This document shows positions 1-12,032 of a DNA stretch of 64,000 bases, one piece after another. The notes under the pieces were generated by a model. It saw only the letters and a program-made list of their open reading frames with translations. It ran no database searches and was not told where the DNA came from. Positions within the stretch are counted from its first letter, which is position 1. The number at the start of each line of letters is the position of its first letter. The DNA lies in the NCBI GenBank assembly GCA_964016885.1, contig OZ024740.1, forward strand, positions 314,526,001 through 314,590,000, read 5' to 3'. The stretch comes from Eledone cirrhosa (lineage: Eukaryota). A program made the translations under genes and the position numbers.

Positions 1-138
1 TGCATCCATTTATGTCAAATCCTTAATTTAGTGATTCAATAAATATGGCTCAATAAAATAAATACTGGAGATATGCTTGACTAAAACACTTGAAGTTAGT
101 GCCTTACCATGGCCATTGGCCAGTAAAAATGTAAAAAA

Positions 139-191
<53 letters not shown>

Positions 192-193
192 AA

Positions 194-292
194 GTTTAAT
201 ATAGAAATGGCTTCTACAGGACTAGAACTGTTTTATTCATTCTTCTGAATGAAACAGTTCTAGTCCTGTAGAAGCTATTTCGATATGTAAAC
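194..292. repeat. Inverted repeat (~46-bp arms) formed by two outward-facing 3' halves of a hammerhead-bearing (Penelope-like) element end
   Basis: gcttctacaggactagaactgttt...aaacagttctagtcctgtagaagc; the right arm matches 12404-12434 (gaatgaaacagttctagtYctgtagaagc). Confidence 0.75.
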
Positions 293-799
293 GAAACTTC
301 ATAATTTTTCTTAATATATATACACTCTGCTTGTGCATCGGGTGCTCATATTGGTACCATCACCAGATATTCACTGAATCACATAGACAAGATAGATAGA
401 TACTTAGATATATCTATAGATAAGCTGTCTATGATTTCTGCAGTTATTTCTTAGAATTTCCTCGATGTGCAAGCATGTGGCTATTCTTCAGATTTTTCTG
501 GAAAGTGAAGCATGAGTTGCATTAGACATGCTCCACTTTTCTGATTAATTACTTATTGATCACTGTTAAGCTAGGCTACCATTGATTAAGCCAGGTTAAA
601 TGGTGGAGAAATATGCTCAGCTCATAATTCTACTGAGGTTGTATTCTGCTGGCAGGGGCAGTCGTTCATTGGTTCTTTCTAGAATTATATTCTATGTTGC
701 TTGAATGGAACTTGATCAAAGTAAAAGTTCCTTGGTCTCCTACAAAATTTTACCTTGTGCCTAATCAAAAGAAATCATTATTATTTTAGTTTAAAAGAA

Positions 800-1018
800 T
801 GATAGATTGGTAATACCGGTAGAGCGTCGGACAACATGCTGTGGAGCATGTAATTACAGCCCTTTCCATTCTGAGTTCAAATCCTGCCTAGGTTAGTTTC
901 GCCTTTCAACCTTACAGAGTTGATAACAAAGTACTTGTAATGCACTGGGGTTGATTTAATCAACTTTCCCCTCCCTCAGAATTGTTGGCCTTGTGCCTAA
1001 ATCAGAAACCATTATTAT
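800..1018 (+). mobile_element. tRNA-derived SINE (ATT-tailed family)
   Basis: A/B-box-like head (tggtaataccggtagagcg...gagttcaaatcc), central gcctttcaaccttac...gataacaaagtac, tail ggccttgtgcctaaatcagaaaccattatta; many copies in window. Confidence 0.8.
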
Positions 1019-1020
1019 GT

Positions 1021-1250
1021 TTAACCCTTTAGCATTTACATTACTCTATTTTTACTATTGTATTTTCATGGTAAGGGTTTTATCTCACATAATAATCTCA
1101 CATAATATTGAATCTATGAGATTTTGATATTATTTTATTTTGAGACCAATACCTTAATGTTGGTATGAGTGGCTTGTTACAGCCGGTTTGAACAGAAAGA
1201 GGTGAGAGAATTCTGGCAAGATACAGCCAGTTTAAATACTAAAGGGTTAA
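1021..1250. mobile_element. piggyBac-like MITE
   Basis: TTAA|CCCTTTAGCATTT...AAATACTAAAGGG|TTAA; about 10 copies in window. Confidence 0.85.
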
Positions 1251-1290
1251 AATATTAATGTGGTTGTTTGTATTATTATATTTTTATTAG

Positions 1291-1467
1291 CTGGTTGTCT
1301 TTGTACTGAAGGATGGATGAGTGATGATTGCCATATTCCATGTCCACATGGTAGGTATGGAGTCAACTGCAGTCAACTTTGTCTCTGTCAACATAATTCC
1401 ACATGTAACCCTTCTACTGGTGCCTGTACATGTCTAATGGGATATGTGGGAGAATTCTGTCAAGAAG
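1291..1467 (+). CDS. NAGPA: Internal exon, EGF-like repeats of NAGPA-like type I membrane protein
   Basis: ttag|ct GGT TGT... encodes GCLCTEGWMSDDCHIPCPHGRYGVNCSQLCLCQHNSTCNPSTGACTCLMGYVGEFCQE; ends g|gtaag; phase 1-1. Exon is solid, gene identity is from recalled similarity. Confidence 0.75.
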
Positions 1468-2028
1468 GTAAGATTGTTGTTATTGTTATCATTGTAGTTG
1501 TTGTGTGAGCACTTCAATTATGTCAAATTGACTCTGGTTGTTGCTGTCGTTGTTCTTGTTCTTGTTTTGTTAAGTAGCTCTAATCAGATTTGCTTGAGAC
1601 AACATGGCATGGAATTACCCATAGTTTTCTAACTATTCACATACATATATGTAGATATCTAGCTTGTTAGTTCATATTCAGTTTCAGCATATGAGTGCAG
1701 TTCTAACTAAAGTCATCATCATCATTTAACATCCATTTTCCATGCTTGCATGGGTCAGACAAGTTGTCCTGTTGTAAGATAAGTCAGATTACATGACCAT
1801 GTCTTGCTCTATTGCCACTGTGAGAGGGTGATGATGGTGATGATTGAGTAAAACCTGTAAAATTCTTTGGATTGGTGTGTTAGTCAAAGATATGAATAAA
1901 TTATGAAAATAACTGGTGCAAACAGTTTTGTATTTATGTAAGTAGAGTGAGTTTGTGGGGAATGCAGAAAACAAAAGGGGTTATGTGAAATGAAGTCAGC
2001 AAAAATGTTAACTTCAAAAAGAAGTGAG

Positions 2029-2244
2029 TTAACCCTTTGGCATTTAATTACTCTATATATATACTATTATATTTTCATAGTAAAGGCTTACCTCACATCA
2101 TATCGAATCTGTGAGATTTTAATGTTATTTATTTTGAGAATAATACCTTAATATAAGTATGAGTGGCCAGTTACAGCTGGATTGAACAGAATGGGGTGAG
2201 AGAATTCTGGCCAGATACAGCCAGTTTAAATGCTAAATGGTTAA
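2029..2244. mobile_element. piggyBac-like MITE
   Basis: Same family as 1021-1250, TTAA flanks. Confidence 0.85.
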
Positions 2245-2562
2245 AATAGATGTGATCAATGCAAGAAACAAGATAGCTGTATTTAGAGAGTCAGTAAGTC
2301 AGTCAATGATACAAGTAGTTGAAGATATTGAATCCTGTGCTGTACCTCAAAGCTTATCAGTATTCTACAGTCAACTTATTGGAAACTATACATTAGAACA
2401 TACTAGTATTCCATGACTAGCTTATTGTTGAGCATCAAAAACAGATTCACTGTTGTTCCAAAACTAACCTTTTGGAAATCACTGAACAAAACACATTTGT
2501 TTTTCATAGGAAAACATTTGAGAACCTCAGAACTATGAATTCTCTTTTAACTCCAGTTAATT

Positions 2563-2902
2563 TATGAAGATCGGCTGAAAAGTTGATAGGTTGACCAAGA
2601 CACTCTCATGGAATGACCAAATGAGCTTTATTTTTCAACATAGTCCCTGGAAAGAAACAATGCAATTATTAAGAAGAGTTGAATTAATGCATGCAAGATT
2701 TCACAGCTCTAGCATCACTCCTTCATAGGCTCACCAAGATACTTTCATGGAATCACCAAATGAGGTTTATTTTTAAACATAGTCCCTGAAAGGAAACAAT
2801 GCAGTTATTAATAAGAAAAGTTGAAATTAATGCAGGCAAAATTTCACAGCTCTAGCATCACTCCTTCATAGTCAACCTATTAACTTTTCAGCCGACCTCA
2901 TA
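2563..2902. mobile_element. Tc1/mariner-type MITE with internal ~140-bp tandem duplication
   Basis: TIRs tatgaagatcggctgaaaagttgataggttgac / gtcaacctattaacttttcagccgacctcata; single-unit copy at 42231-42423. Confidence 0.75.
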
Positions 2903-2952
2903 TTTTATGACATGTATAATGCTTGAAATGATTTTTCTTTCTTCTTTCACAG

Positions 2953-3078
2953 GCTGTTCTTTTGGTTTCTATGGTGATCAATGTAAACATGTCTGTATGT
3001 GTCCAACTGCCTGTGGCTGTGATCATATTACTGGAAGATGTATTGTGTCTTCAGCTTATTCTAAACATATTTTTCAAG
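2953..3078 (+). CDS. NAGPA: Internal exon, NAGPA-like EGF/Cys-rich module
   Basis: cacag|gc TGT...CAA g|gtgag; GCSFGFYGDQCKHVCMCPTACGCDHITGRC resembles the NAGPA CxCxxxCxCDxxTGxC pattern; phase matches previous exon. Confidence 0.75.
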
Positions 3079-4853
3079 GTGAGCTTCTATAATCCTGTAA
3101 TGATAATGATCATCACCATTATTTAACATCCACTTTCCCTGCTATCAAGGGTTGGATGGGTCTACATAGACCAAGTCAGTATTAGACCAGGGCTACTGAC
3201 CTCCCAGACAGATTGAAATATAGTGCCCTTCAGTGCACAGATTGTTGTGAAAATTTGGAGTATTGAAGTAAAGACTTTAATTTTTAATGTAATGTAGTCA
3301 TAATGTTGTTTGGTACTTTTTAAGAATGTCTTATGTGGTTTCATGTGGTACAGAACGTTAAGAGTTGATATCTATTTATAAGATACAAAATGACTGAATT
3401 AAAACAAAAGAATCTGGGCTTCTGGCATAAGTCTAATGCTTAGTGCAGGCATTGTACTGAGCCTGTAGGAAAATATGAGTTTGTTTCAAGTTTGCCTAAG
3501 TTACTACAGACACCACTTCTACTTTAGTAACTAAATAACCTACTTCATCAGTTCAATATATCGTATGATCTTGGCAATTGTCATGTGAGGTGATCAATTC
3601 ATCTTTTATGTGGTTATTTTGTGTAACCATCAGAAAGTCATGGATGTAATTAGTGCTGGTGTAGTAGTAGTAGTAGTTGTTGTAGTTGTAGTTGTTGTTT
3701 AGTCCCAGGTCATCCCTGATTGAGCAAACCTAGCACCAAAGGTATTCCAACCATGACTATCCCATTTTTCTCATATGTGCAGGAAACTCAGGACCAGATT
3801 ATTCAATGTGTCATTTTTTAAAGTTTTTAAGATGGTACGATGTGATTTAAGGAAGATTTGGCTATTATTTCTAACAAGTTGGGCAGCCATATAGAGGCTT
3901 TCTCATTAGCTCATACAAGAGTAATGACAGTGGTAGTGGTGATAGAGGTATAAGTAGTATCATCATTATCATCATAACCATCATCGTTATCATCACCACC
4001 ACCACCATCATCACCACCGCCATTATCACCATCACCACCCCCGTCATGATCATCACCACCATCACCATCATGAATTAACATTTTTATAACCAGTAATGTT
4101 TTGTTTTCATATTTTATGTAACTATTTTAGAATCCTTGTACAATACTGTTTTGTATCAGCATTTATATCTGTTCATCTCTTTTTCATCTCCTCTTTCTCT
4201 CCTTTCTCCATTCTTCTTTTTGATCATCTCGTCTTTCTTTATTCAGGACACTATAGTTAGTGTCATCATCATCATCAGTTTAACATCTATTCTCCATACT
4301 TGCATGGGTTTGACAAGTTGTCGCATGTGAAGTCCAGATGGGTCAAGTGACCACATCCTGCTCATATGCTCCATTTCTATGGCTGGATGCCCTTCTTAAT
4401 CCCAACCATTTTACAGCATGTACTCAGAACATGGTTTCTACAGCTGGATGTCCTTCCTAAAACCAACCACTTTACAGTGTACTGAGAGCATTTCATCATG
4501 ACTCCAGCACTACCACTTAGAGAGTAGACTGGGTACATTTTTTCAGGATTCCAGCACTACCTCATTACAGAGTAGACTGGGTACATTTTATCATGACACC
4601 AGCACTACCTCATTACAACACTAGGGTACTCAGTGTCCTTGGTCTGTCTGGGAAGGCATTAGTAGTGGTTGGGATGTATAAATGAAAGGGGTGCATGCTA
4701 TTTGGTACACAGTGGCAGGGTATGGGGGCTTACCATCAGAAAGGAGATACTCAGAGGTATTGAAAGAAAATTACAAAATATATTTTGCTTTTTTTTTTTT
4801 GGTAACATTTGGCTAATTATAATCAATAATGTAATTACTTTTGTTAATTATAG

Positions 4854-4923
4854 CCAGCAACTGCCTTGCCCAGAAGATTATACAACGTAAGCACCTCATT
4901 GTGGATCGAACGAAAGAATACAG
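4854..4923 (+). CDS. NAGPA: Internal stalk exon of NAGPA-like gene
   Basis: tatag|cc AGC AAC TGC...TAC ag|gtaatt; ASNCLAQKIIQRKHLIVDRTKEY; phase 1-2 bridges the flanking exons in frame. Confidence 0.7.
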
Positions 4924-5163
4924 GTAATTCTATTGTTTATCTTACAAGATCCTGCCTACCATAATTTGAATGTCTATATATCTATATGTTGACATGTTAC
5001 TTAGACATATAACTAATCTCTCTAGCAGCAGTATATGGTTGACTGAATTGACACCAGTACATTACTGTATAACAGCAAAGTGGCAGAGTCATTAGAATGT
5101 CAGATAGAATGCTTTTTGGTATTTGTTTCAGCTCTCTGCTTTATTGTGACCATTTTTTTAGAT

Positions 5164-7130
5164 TATAGCGAAGATACTGGGTTGTATGAATGTAACAAGG
5201 AGTCATGGTTTGTGTGTATAATATTTAATTAACAATCAGGGATATAGATAGAACAGTATAGTTGACATGTCAAAGTAATAGATGATAGAATGAAGCAAAG
5301 TTAGTAGATACCGTTTTGATTGCCAGGCAAACGCGAGACGCCTGGTGAAGGCCAGGCGCCGGAAGGGCAAAAGAGGGGGAGAGAGCCGAAGGCTATTCGT
5401 TTTAAAGGGCTCTGCCGGAAGTTACAGAAAGGGTTCTACTTCCCGTCTAGATGTTGTTCATCTATTGGAGTTGTGAGTCACAACAAGGGAGACAACCGCT
5501 ACATAACCTCCCGCCAGAATTTTAGAATATAAAAATCGCATGAAATATGTAGCAAGTTGGCGAGAATGTTGTAGCAGGCATGAAAATTACGACAAAAGAA
5601 TGTTTGCAAAAATCAATGATAGATATCAAGGTAGCCAACCGCTCTTGGCCAGAGAACGACTGGACATCCATCTATCCATCACCCAAAGATACAATGTAAT
5701 AAAGTAAGAGAAGGGCTCAAAGTTCAAATGTACAAAATATAGTTCACAGGTGTGCAATCACATGACAGCAGGAAAGAAAGTGTTCCAGAGAATGAATGCA
5801 GGTGGTTTCTGTTCTGTGGTATATCGTGAAATTTCCAACCTCCGAATGGATTTTCTCACAGGAAGAGTGCTGCAAAAATAAATTCTCTGGCTTGTTCTGC
5901 TGGTTTTGGTTGTTGGTGAAGCTGTGTTGCTGTTGATGTCTCGCTGAGTAAGCGTATTCGGTGTTTAAATTCACCGTAAAAAAAAAAAAAAAAATTTTTT
6001 TCAGAAAAATTGAGTTGCGCAAAGTGCTAGAAATAACAGCCGAAGTTGATGGTCGATGTTGAGAATGCGTTGACCTGGAAGGGTCAAGAGGCCAGCGCCC
6101 AAAGAAATAAGCATTCTGAATAAATGCGCAGTTTTCAACGGCAAATTTACGTGGTAAATTTTTAAACCGGCAAATAGGAGAATATAGCTTAAGGCTGAAG
6201 AATCCTTGGCGAGAAACGTTATCTCTGGCGTGCGGCTATCTCTGTGAGTCGAGAATTTGTGCTGCCTACACGTGCCAATACAAGGTTAAGCTAGGTTGAA
6301 AAAATAATATTTCTAACGCGCGAGAAAATGATAGTGCAAGTGTGAAAGTGACAATGATGAAAAAGAAAGGCTTCGCTTAGCATAATTATTGGTGTGAACT
6401 TTGGAAAAAAAAAACTTGAACGATGAAGAAAATGATGAAAAAAAAGGCAATGGTTCATCGAAAATAAATGTTCCTGTTGAAATGTTTTTTTAAAAAATAT
6501 CAAATTTCTTTTTTTTTTTTTTTTGTTTCGAAAGTGTTCGTTGTAAGAAACGAGAAACATGTATATATATCGTGAAATGCGACAGTTAGTTGATGCGTGA
6601 GAGAAAAAGTCTGTCTGAACGCGAATTTCACATGTGCGTGTGTGCGTTTCCTTGAGTATTTTCATAGTTTGTCGATAAATTTGCTGTGTATTCGTAATGT
6701 TACAACACCAGATCTGCTATTTTTTTCTTTTTTCGGGGTGACCACTTATAGCGATGAACGGCTGCGTGTTCGTATCATGTCAGGGTCACCAATATAGCGA
6801 AGATACTGGGTTGTATGAATGTAACAAGGAGTCATGGTTTGTGTATAATATTTAATTAACAATCAGGGATATAGATAGAACAGTATAGTTGACATGTCAA
6901 AGTAATAGATGATAGAATGAAGCAAAGTTAGTAGTTACCGTTTTGATTGCCAGGCAAACGCGAGACGCCTGGCGAAGGCCAGGCGCCGGAAGGGCAAAAG
7001 AGGGGGAGAGAGCCGAAGGCTATTCGTTTTAAAGGGCTCTGCCGGAAGTTACAGAAAGGGTTCTACTTCCCGTCTAGATGTTGTTCATCTATTGGGGTTG
7101 TGAGTCACAACAAGGGAGACAACCGCTACA
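5164..7130 (-). mobile_element. Non-autonomous LTR retrotransposon (Gypsy-like), young
   Basis: LTRs 5164-5503 and 6793-7130 (3 substitutions and one 2-bp indel seen), 4-bp TSD AGAT (5160-5163, 7131-7134), tRNA-Trp PBS ending at 6791, PPT-like ggcgggagg on minus strand next to 5503; no gag/pol ORF in the 1.29-kb interior. Confidence 0.92.
6760..6791 (-). other. Extended primer-binding site: 32 nt matching the tRNA-Trp 3' end including CCA
   Basis: Plus strand ggctgcgtgttcgtatcatgtcagggtcacca vs recalled animal tRNA-Trp 3' end GGCTGCGTGTTCGAATCACGTCGGGGTCACCA (3 mismatches). Confidence 0.8.
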
Positions 7131-7398
7131 AGATAATAGGATGTGATTTGAAGGAGACTTAGTTGGTGTTACTTGTTGGTTGAGTAACTGTGCAGAGGCA
7201 CACTTGTTTGAGTATTCTATATACTTGATGTCAAATACACAGTTTCATCTCTCTCTCTCTCTTGCGCATGTGCACATGCATGCCAAAATACAGATCTGTA
7301 TGAGCAAGACATGGTCTCCAAACCTGACTTGTCTCATAACGTGACAACTTGTCTAACCCATGCAAGCAGGGAAAAATAGATATTAAATGATGATGATG

Positions 7399-7465
<67 letters not shown>

Positions 7466-7671
7466 AATGACAACTCTATCTTGACACAACTCAGCCTATA
7501 AAACATCAGACTTTAATCCTGAGGTGTGTTGGTTTAGAACTGTGGATAAAAGATTTTTCTTTTTCTTTTGTGAATTTTTAAAATCTATGCAATTATGATT
7601 TTACTGAAAAAAAACCAGTATTATTTTAATTACATTCATTTAATGATAATCTTTTATGTTTGTTTTTCCAG

Positions 7672-7903
7672 GTTTTATGTGTACGGATTCATTACTATGA
7701 GTGCTGTTGCAACTGTTAGTATACTTACTTCATGCTGTTTAATTTATACATTGTACAACGATACTGAATTTACTTGTTTCAAAGCATGTAAACTACCTCA
7801 TAAACATGTCAAGAAAAAGAAACTAATGGAAAATTCCTGTATTTATGATGATGATGAAGACAAAATTATTAGTTCAGAACTTGAATTGATGGATGAAATT
7901 TAA
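7672..7903 (+). CDS. NAGPA: Last coding exon: transmembrane helix and cytoplasmic tail of NAGPA-like protein
   Basis: ttccag|g TTT TAT...; FYVYGFITMSAVATVSILTSCCLIYTLY hydrophobic span, acidic tail YDDDEDKIISSELELMDEI*, in frame with phase-2 donor at 4924. Confidence 0.75.
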
Positions 7904-8964
7904 GGAGAGACACTACTTTTGTTTGTTTGTGTGTGTGTGTATATATTTGAGTGTGTGTGTGTACCAGAATATAAAAATTTGGTTCCATTTTTGTGTTTCA
8001 TCATCACCTCCGTTTAACGTTTATTTTTCCACACTTGCATGGGTTAGACATGTTGTGAGCAATGCCAGGTCAGGTGACCATGTCTTGCTCATACAGAACA
8101 GATTTTGGCTTAGTTTTTACAGCTGGATACCCTTCCTAGTGCCAACCTCATATACAGTGAGTGCTGGGTACTTTTTGCCGAGACATCTACACGACCACTT
8201 TACAGTGTAGACTGGGTGCTTTTTGCTGTGACACCTACCTGACCACTTTACAGTTTGGGCTGGTTGCTTTTGACATTCTCTAAATGGAATATTTAAAAAA
8301 TTTTATGTATTTTAATTTTCAGTCTCTTTTTCCAATCTTAACCATACACATGCTCCTTTAGCAGAAAGATAATAATAGCTATATCACCATTTTAGCAATA
8401 AGATATAATAGATATATCACTAATACTTTGGCATGTTTTTACATAATTTATTAACAAAGGTTAAGAGGTGGATTAAGCTGGCATGCCAAAAGAAATGAAA
8501 TAAACCAATTAAGATTGCAGGAGAAAGTACAGTCGACTGGCTGAGGCGTTGGCCAGGCCTAGTAATGTTTTGTCGTTACATATTGTTCGTGCTTGCGGAG
8601 CAAAAGAAGAATTGGTGTTTACCTTAGCAAGGTCAAGCTGCGAGAGAGAGAGAGGCGTCAGAACACTCCCTTATATTCGGGCCACAGGGAAGTAATTCCA
8701 ATTAGTTTTGTTCCCCGGACAAAGGTGACACTAGTCACTACACTCCACTAAAGATGATAGCACTCTTCACTCCTCCTCGACCTTTCACACATGTGTCATC
8801 AACATACAACCTTACTTTACTGCAGACCTGCACTACTTCCCTGAAGAGAGACTTTGAAAACATCTATTAATGGGAACATAACAACATTGTCTCCAACAAG
8901 ACACATCTAAGAAATGGTCTTGTATTAAACTGTCTAGTCATAAACAACATAATTTAATGTTTTG

Positions 8965-9191
8965 TTATCCCTTTAGCATTTAAACCAGCCGAATCCGGCC
9001 AGAATGAATTCTCTCATCTCTTTCTGTTTAAACTGGCCCTAAATGGCCACTCATACTCATGTTAAGGTATTGTTCTCAAAATAAATAATATCAAAATCTC
9101 AGATTTGATATGTGAGATATTATGTGTAGTAAAGCCTTTACTGTGAAAATACAATAGTATATATTGAGTTATGTAAATGCTAAAGGGTTAA
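8965..9191. mobile_element. piggyBac-like MITE (reverse orientation)
   Basis: ccctttagcattt...aaatgctaaaggg|ttaa. Confidence 0.85.
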
Positions 9192-9789
9192 ATGTTCCCA
9201 TTAATTTTTGATGGTCAGTTTGGTAAAAAAGAATCTTACATTAATGAAAATTGTTCCTATGACAAAAGTATGTGTGTACTGAATGTATAACCTATATAAT
9301 TAATAATTAGTAGATTATTTCAAGCAACTAACCTTTTACTGGTTGCAAAACATGCATATGTGTATACACATATAGATGGTTTATAAGAAACAACGATTAT
9401 CAGTACAAATGCTCTATCCCTCAATCCCTGAGGATTTCTCATCATGATCTCACTTATATAGCCTTGCTAAAACTAAATCCAAAAGACTAAGTTAGGAAAT
9501 ACTGAAGCACTGATTAGTTTCTTGCCGTTTACAAAGCTCAAACAAAACCCATATTGGAGTGAGGTACATATCTGGGATGGCGCTTCTACAACAAATGTGC
9601 TACAACAAACATCCAAACACTGCATCTGAAGAGAGAGCCACCCAAATGATTGACAAAGTATCACTTATACCATTCAATGATTCTCAGTGAAAGTGTATTG
9701 GAGTAAGATTGTGAAATGACCTTCACCGTACAGCAATTCCTGCATTCCTCTATTTCTACCAAAACTATAATAGTAATATATCTTTGGAA

Positions 9790-10025
9790 TCATCATCATT
9801 ATTTAACGTCCATTGTCCATGCTAGTATGGGTTAGACAGGTCGTCCTGTTTGAAGCAAGTCAGGTCATGACACCTACACAACCACTTTACAGTGTTGACT
9901 GGGTGCTTTTTGTCATGACACCTACACGACCACTTTACAGTGTTGACTGGGTGCTTTTGTCATGACACCTACACGACCACTTTACAGTGTTGACTGGGTG
10001 TTTTTTGTCATGACACCTACACAAC
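9790..10025 (-). mobile_element. RTE-LINE/SINE 3' tail with ~48-bp internal tandem repeat (about 3 units)
   Basis: catcatcatt atttaacgtcc tail; repeated gtcatgacacctacacgaccactttacagtgttgactgggtgc. Confidence 0.8.
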
Positions 10026-10173
10026 TTTATCTAAATAAACATTATGTATCAGATTTCCATGACAGCTTATCAAAATTTTATAAATTTTGTTCTACTTCTT
10101 TGCTAAACTAGCTGTTCCTAATACAATTTACATACAAGAGGAAGTGATACTCTGACATAGCGTGATTGATAAG

Positions 10174-10283
10174 TGACTGGGGTTATATATTGAATCAGAT
10201 ACAAAATGTTCATGTAAATAAACATTTTTGTAGCCTTATTTACATGAATATTTAGTATATAATTTCATATACAACCCCAGTCA
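10174..10283. repeat. Imperfect inverted repeat, probably a small MITE
   Basis: tgactggggttatatat...ttcatgtaaataa / ttatttacatgaa...atatacaaccccagtca. Confidence 0.65.
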
Positions 10284-10501
10284 TTTCATATATATTCCAT
10301 AGTAGCAGAAATTCCATACTCCTGCAGTTTTCTGCTAATGTAAATATGTGTGTTTCATAATGTATTTATTAATATCTACAAATCTATGATAAAAGGAAAA
10401 CTACATTTTAGACATGCAAATAATATAAACTCACTCTGACATATATCAGCTTGCAATATATTTTATACATTGTTTATTTTCTACAAAATGGTGAGCCTGA
10501 C

Positions 10502-10728
10502 TTAGCCCTTTAGCATTTATACCGGCCATATCCAACCAGAATTCTCTCACATCTTTCTGTACAAACTGGCCAGAACTGGCCCTTCATACTGATGTTAAGG
10601 TATTGTTCTCAAAATAAATAATATCAAAATCTCATTAATTCAATATTATGTAAGATAATTATGTGAAGTAAAGCCTTTACTGTGAAAATAATACTAAATA
10701 TATTGTAATGTAAATGCTAAAGGGTTAA
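10502..10728. mobile_element. piggyBac-like MITE
   Basis: Family TIRs, right TTAA. Confidence 0.85.
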
Positions 10729-11034
10729 TTAAGCAAAGACGAGATATGAACCGGTATTTATCAGAAATGTGATTGATATAGACCAGCCTAAAAATTGGTG
10801 CTGATTTTATCAACTCTCAGATGCTTCATAACCTCAATTCTAGGAGTGCATACTATATAGAATTGCTTATAATTAAAAGGCAAAATTTCTGTCATGATGG
10901 GAGTATGATACAAACTTGCAATAACATATTTAATTTTTCAGCTTATTTACCTTAATACTTAAGTACTATACTTATATTTCTACAAGCAAGAAAGCCATGT
11001 GGATACATGCACAGAAATTCACCTTTATTATTAT

Positions 11035-11628
11035 AAGGCGGTGGATTGGCAGTAATCGGTAGAGCGTCAGACACTATGCTTCGCAGCATAAAGTTACAGC
11101 CCTTTACATTCTGAGTTCAAATCCCGTCGAGGTTAGCTTTGCCTTTCACCCTTATGAGGTCAATAAAATAAAGTACCAGTAATGCACTAGGCTGATTTAA
11201 TCAATTCCCCCCCCACCCCCACCCTTCAAATTGCTGGCCTTGTGGTTAAAGTAGAAACCATTATTATAAGTCAGTAGATTGGCAGAATTGTTAGAGCATC
11301 AGACAACATTCTAAGTTCAAATCCCGCTGAGGTGAGCTTTGCTTTCTGGAGTTGATAAAATAAAGTACCAATAAAGAACTGGATCCAATACAATCAACTT
11401 TCTCTTCCCCCAAAATTATTGGCATTGTACGTAGAAACCATGGATTGGAAGTATCAGTAGAGGGTCGGACGCTATGCTTTGACGCATAGTTACAGCCCTT
11501 GCCATTCTGAGTTCGAATCCCGCCAAGGTTAACTTTGCCTTTCATCCTTACGGGGTCGATAAAATAAAGTACCAGTAATACACTGGGTAATTGCTGGCCT
11601 TGTGCCAAAAAGTAGAAACAATTATTAT
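11035..11628 (+). mobile_element. Three head-to-tail ATT-tailed tRNA-SINE copies
   Basis: Heads at ~11037, ~11275 and ~11442; the first two directly follow a (tta)n run, the third follows the previous copy's gtagaaacca tail. Confidence 0.8.
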
Positions 11629-12000
11629 AGATGATTTTGCAAGAAATTGTATGTTATATGGGAGGGTTTTTTGTTGTTTTATTTGAGGTTGTTTTTTTTT
11701 GTAAGAATCTTTGGTAGTTTGGAAAATGGGAAATTTTTTTGGATATTTGCTATTTAATTAATATCATATTTTTTTTCTTTACCAAAGAAACAAAACTATT
11801 TTATAACAAGACTGGGTCATTGGCAGCACTAAATATTTTATCTTCATCATATTATTCAAGCATGAATACACTGGTGTGATTTCTTGTTGCCTTCTCCAAG
11901 TCTAATTAAAGGTTTAAATCCTGTACTTCAAGCTAATAAGACAGTCATTCATGTACTAACAATGTACGAAGCCGAATTTTCAGCTTTTGAAGCACTGAGA

Positions 12001-12032
<32 letters not shown>

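Noticed and set aside
5320-5532. Duplicated 70-aa ORF (also 6947-7162)
   Set aside because: Lies within the two LTRs, has a non-ATG start and no recognisable domain
8826-8900. CTGAAGA...GAAA motif
   Set aside because: Stems II and III cannot be formed convincingly
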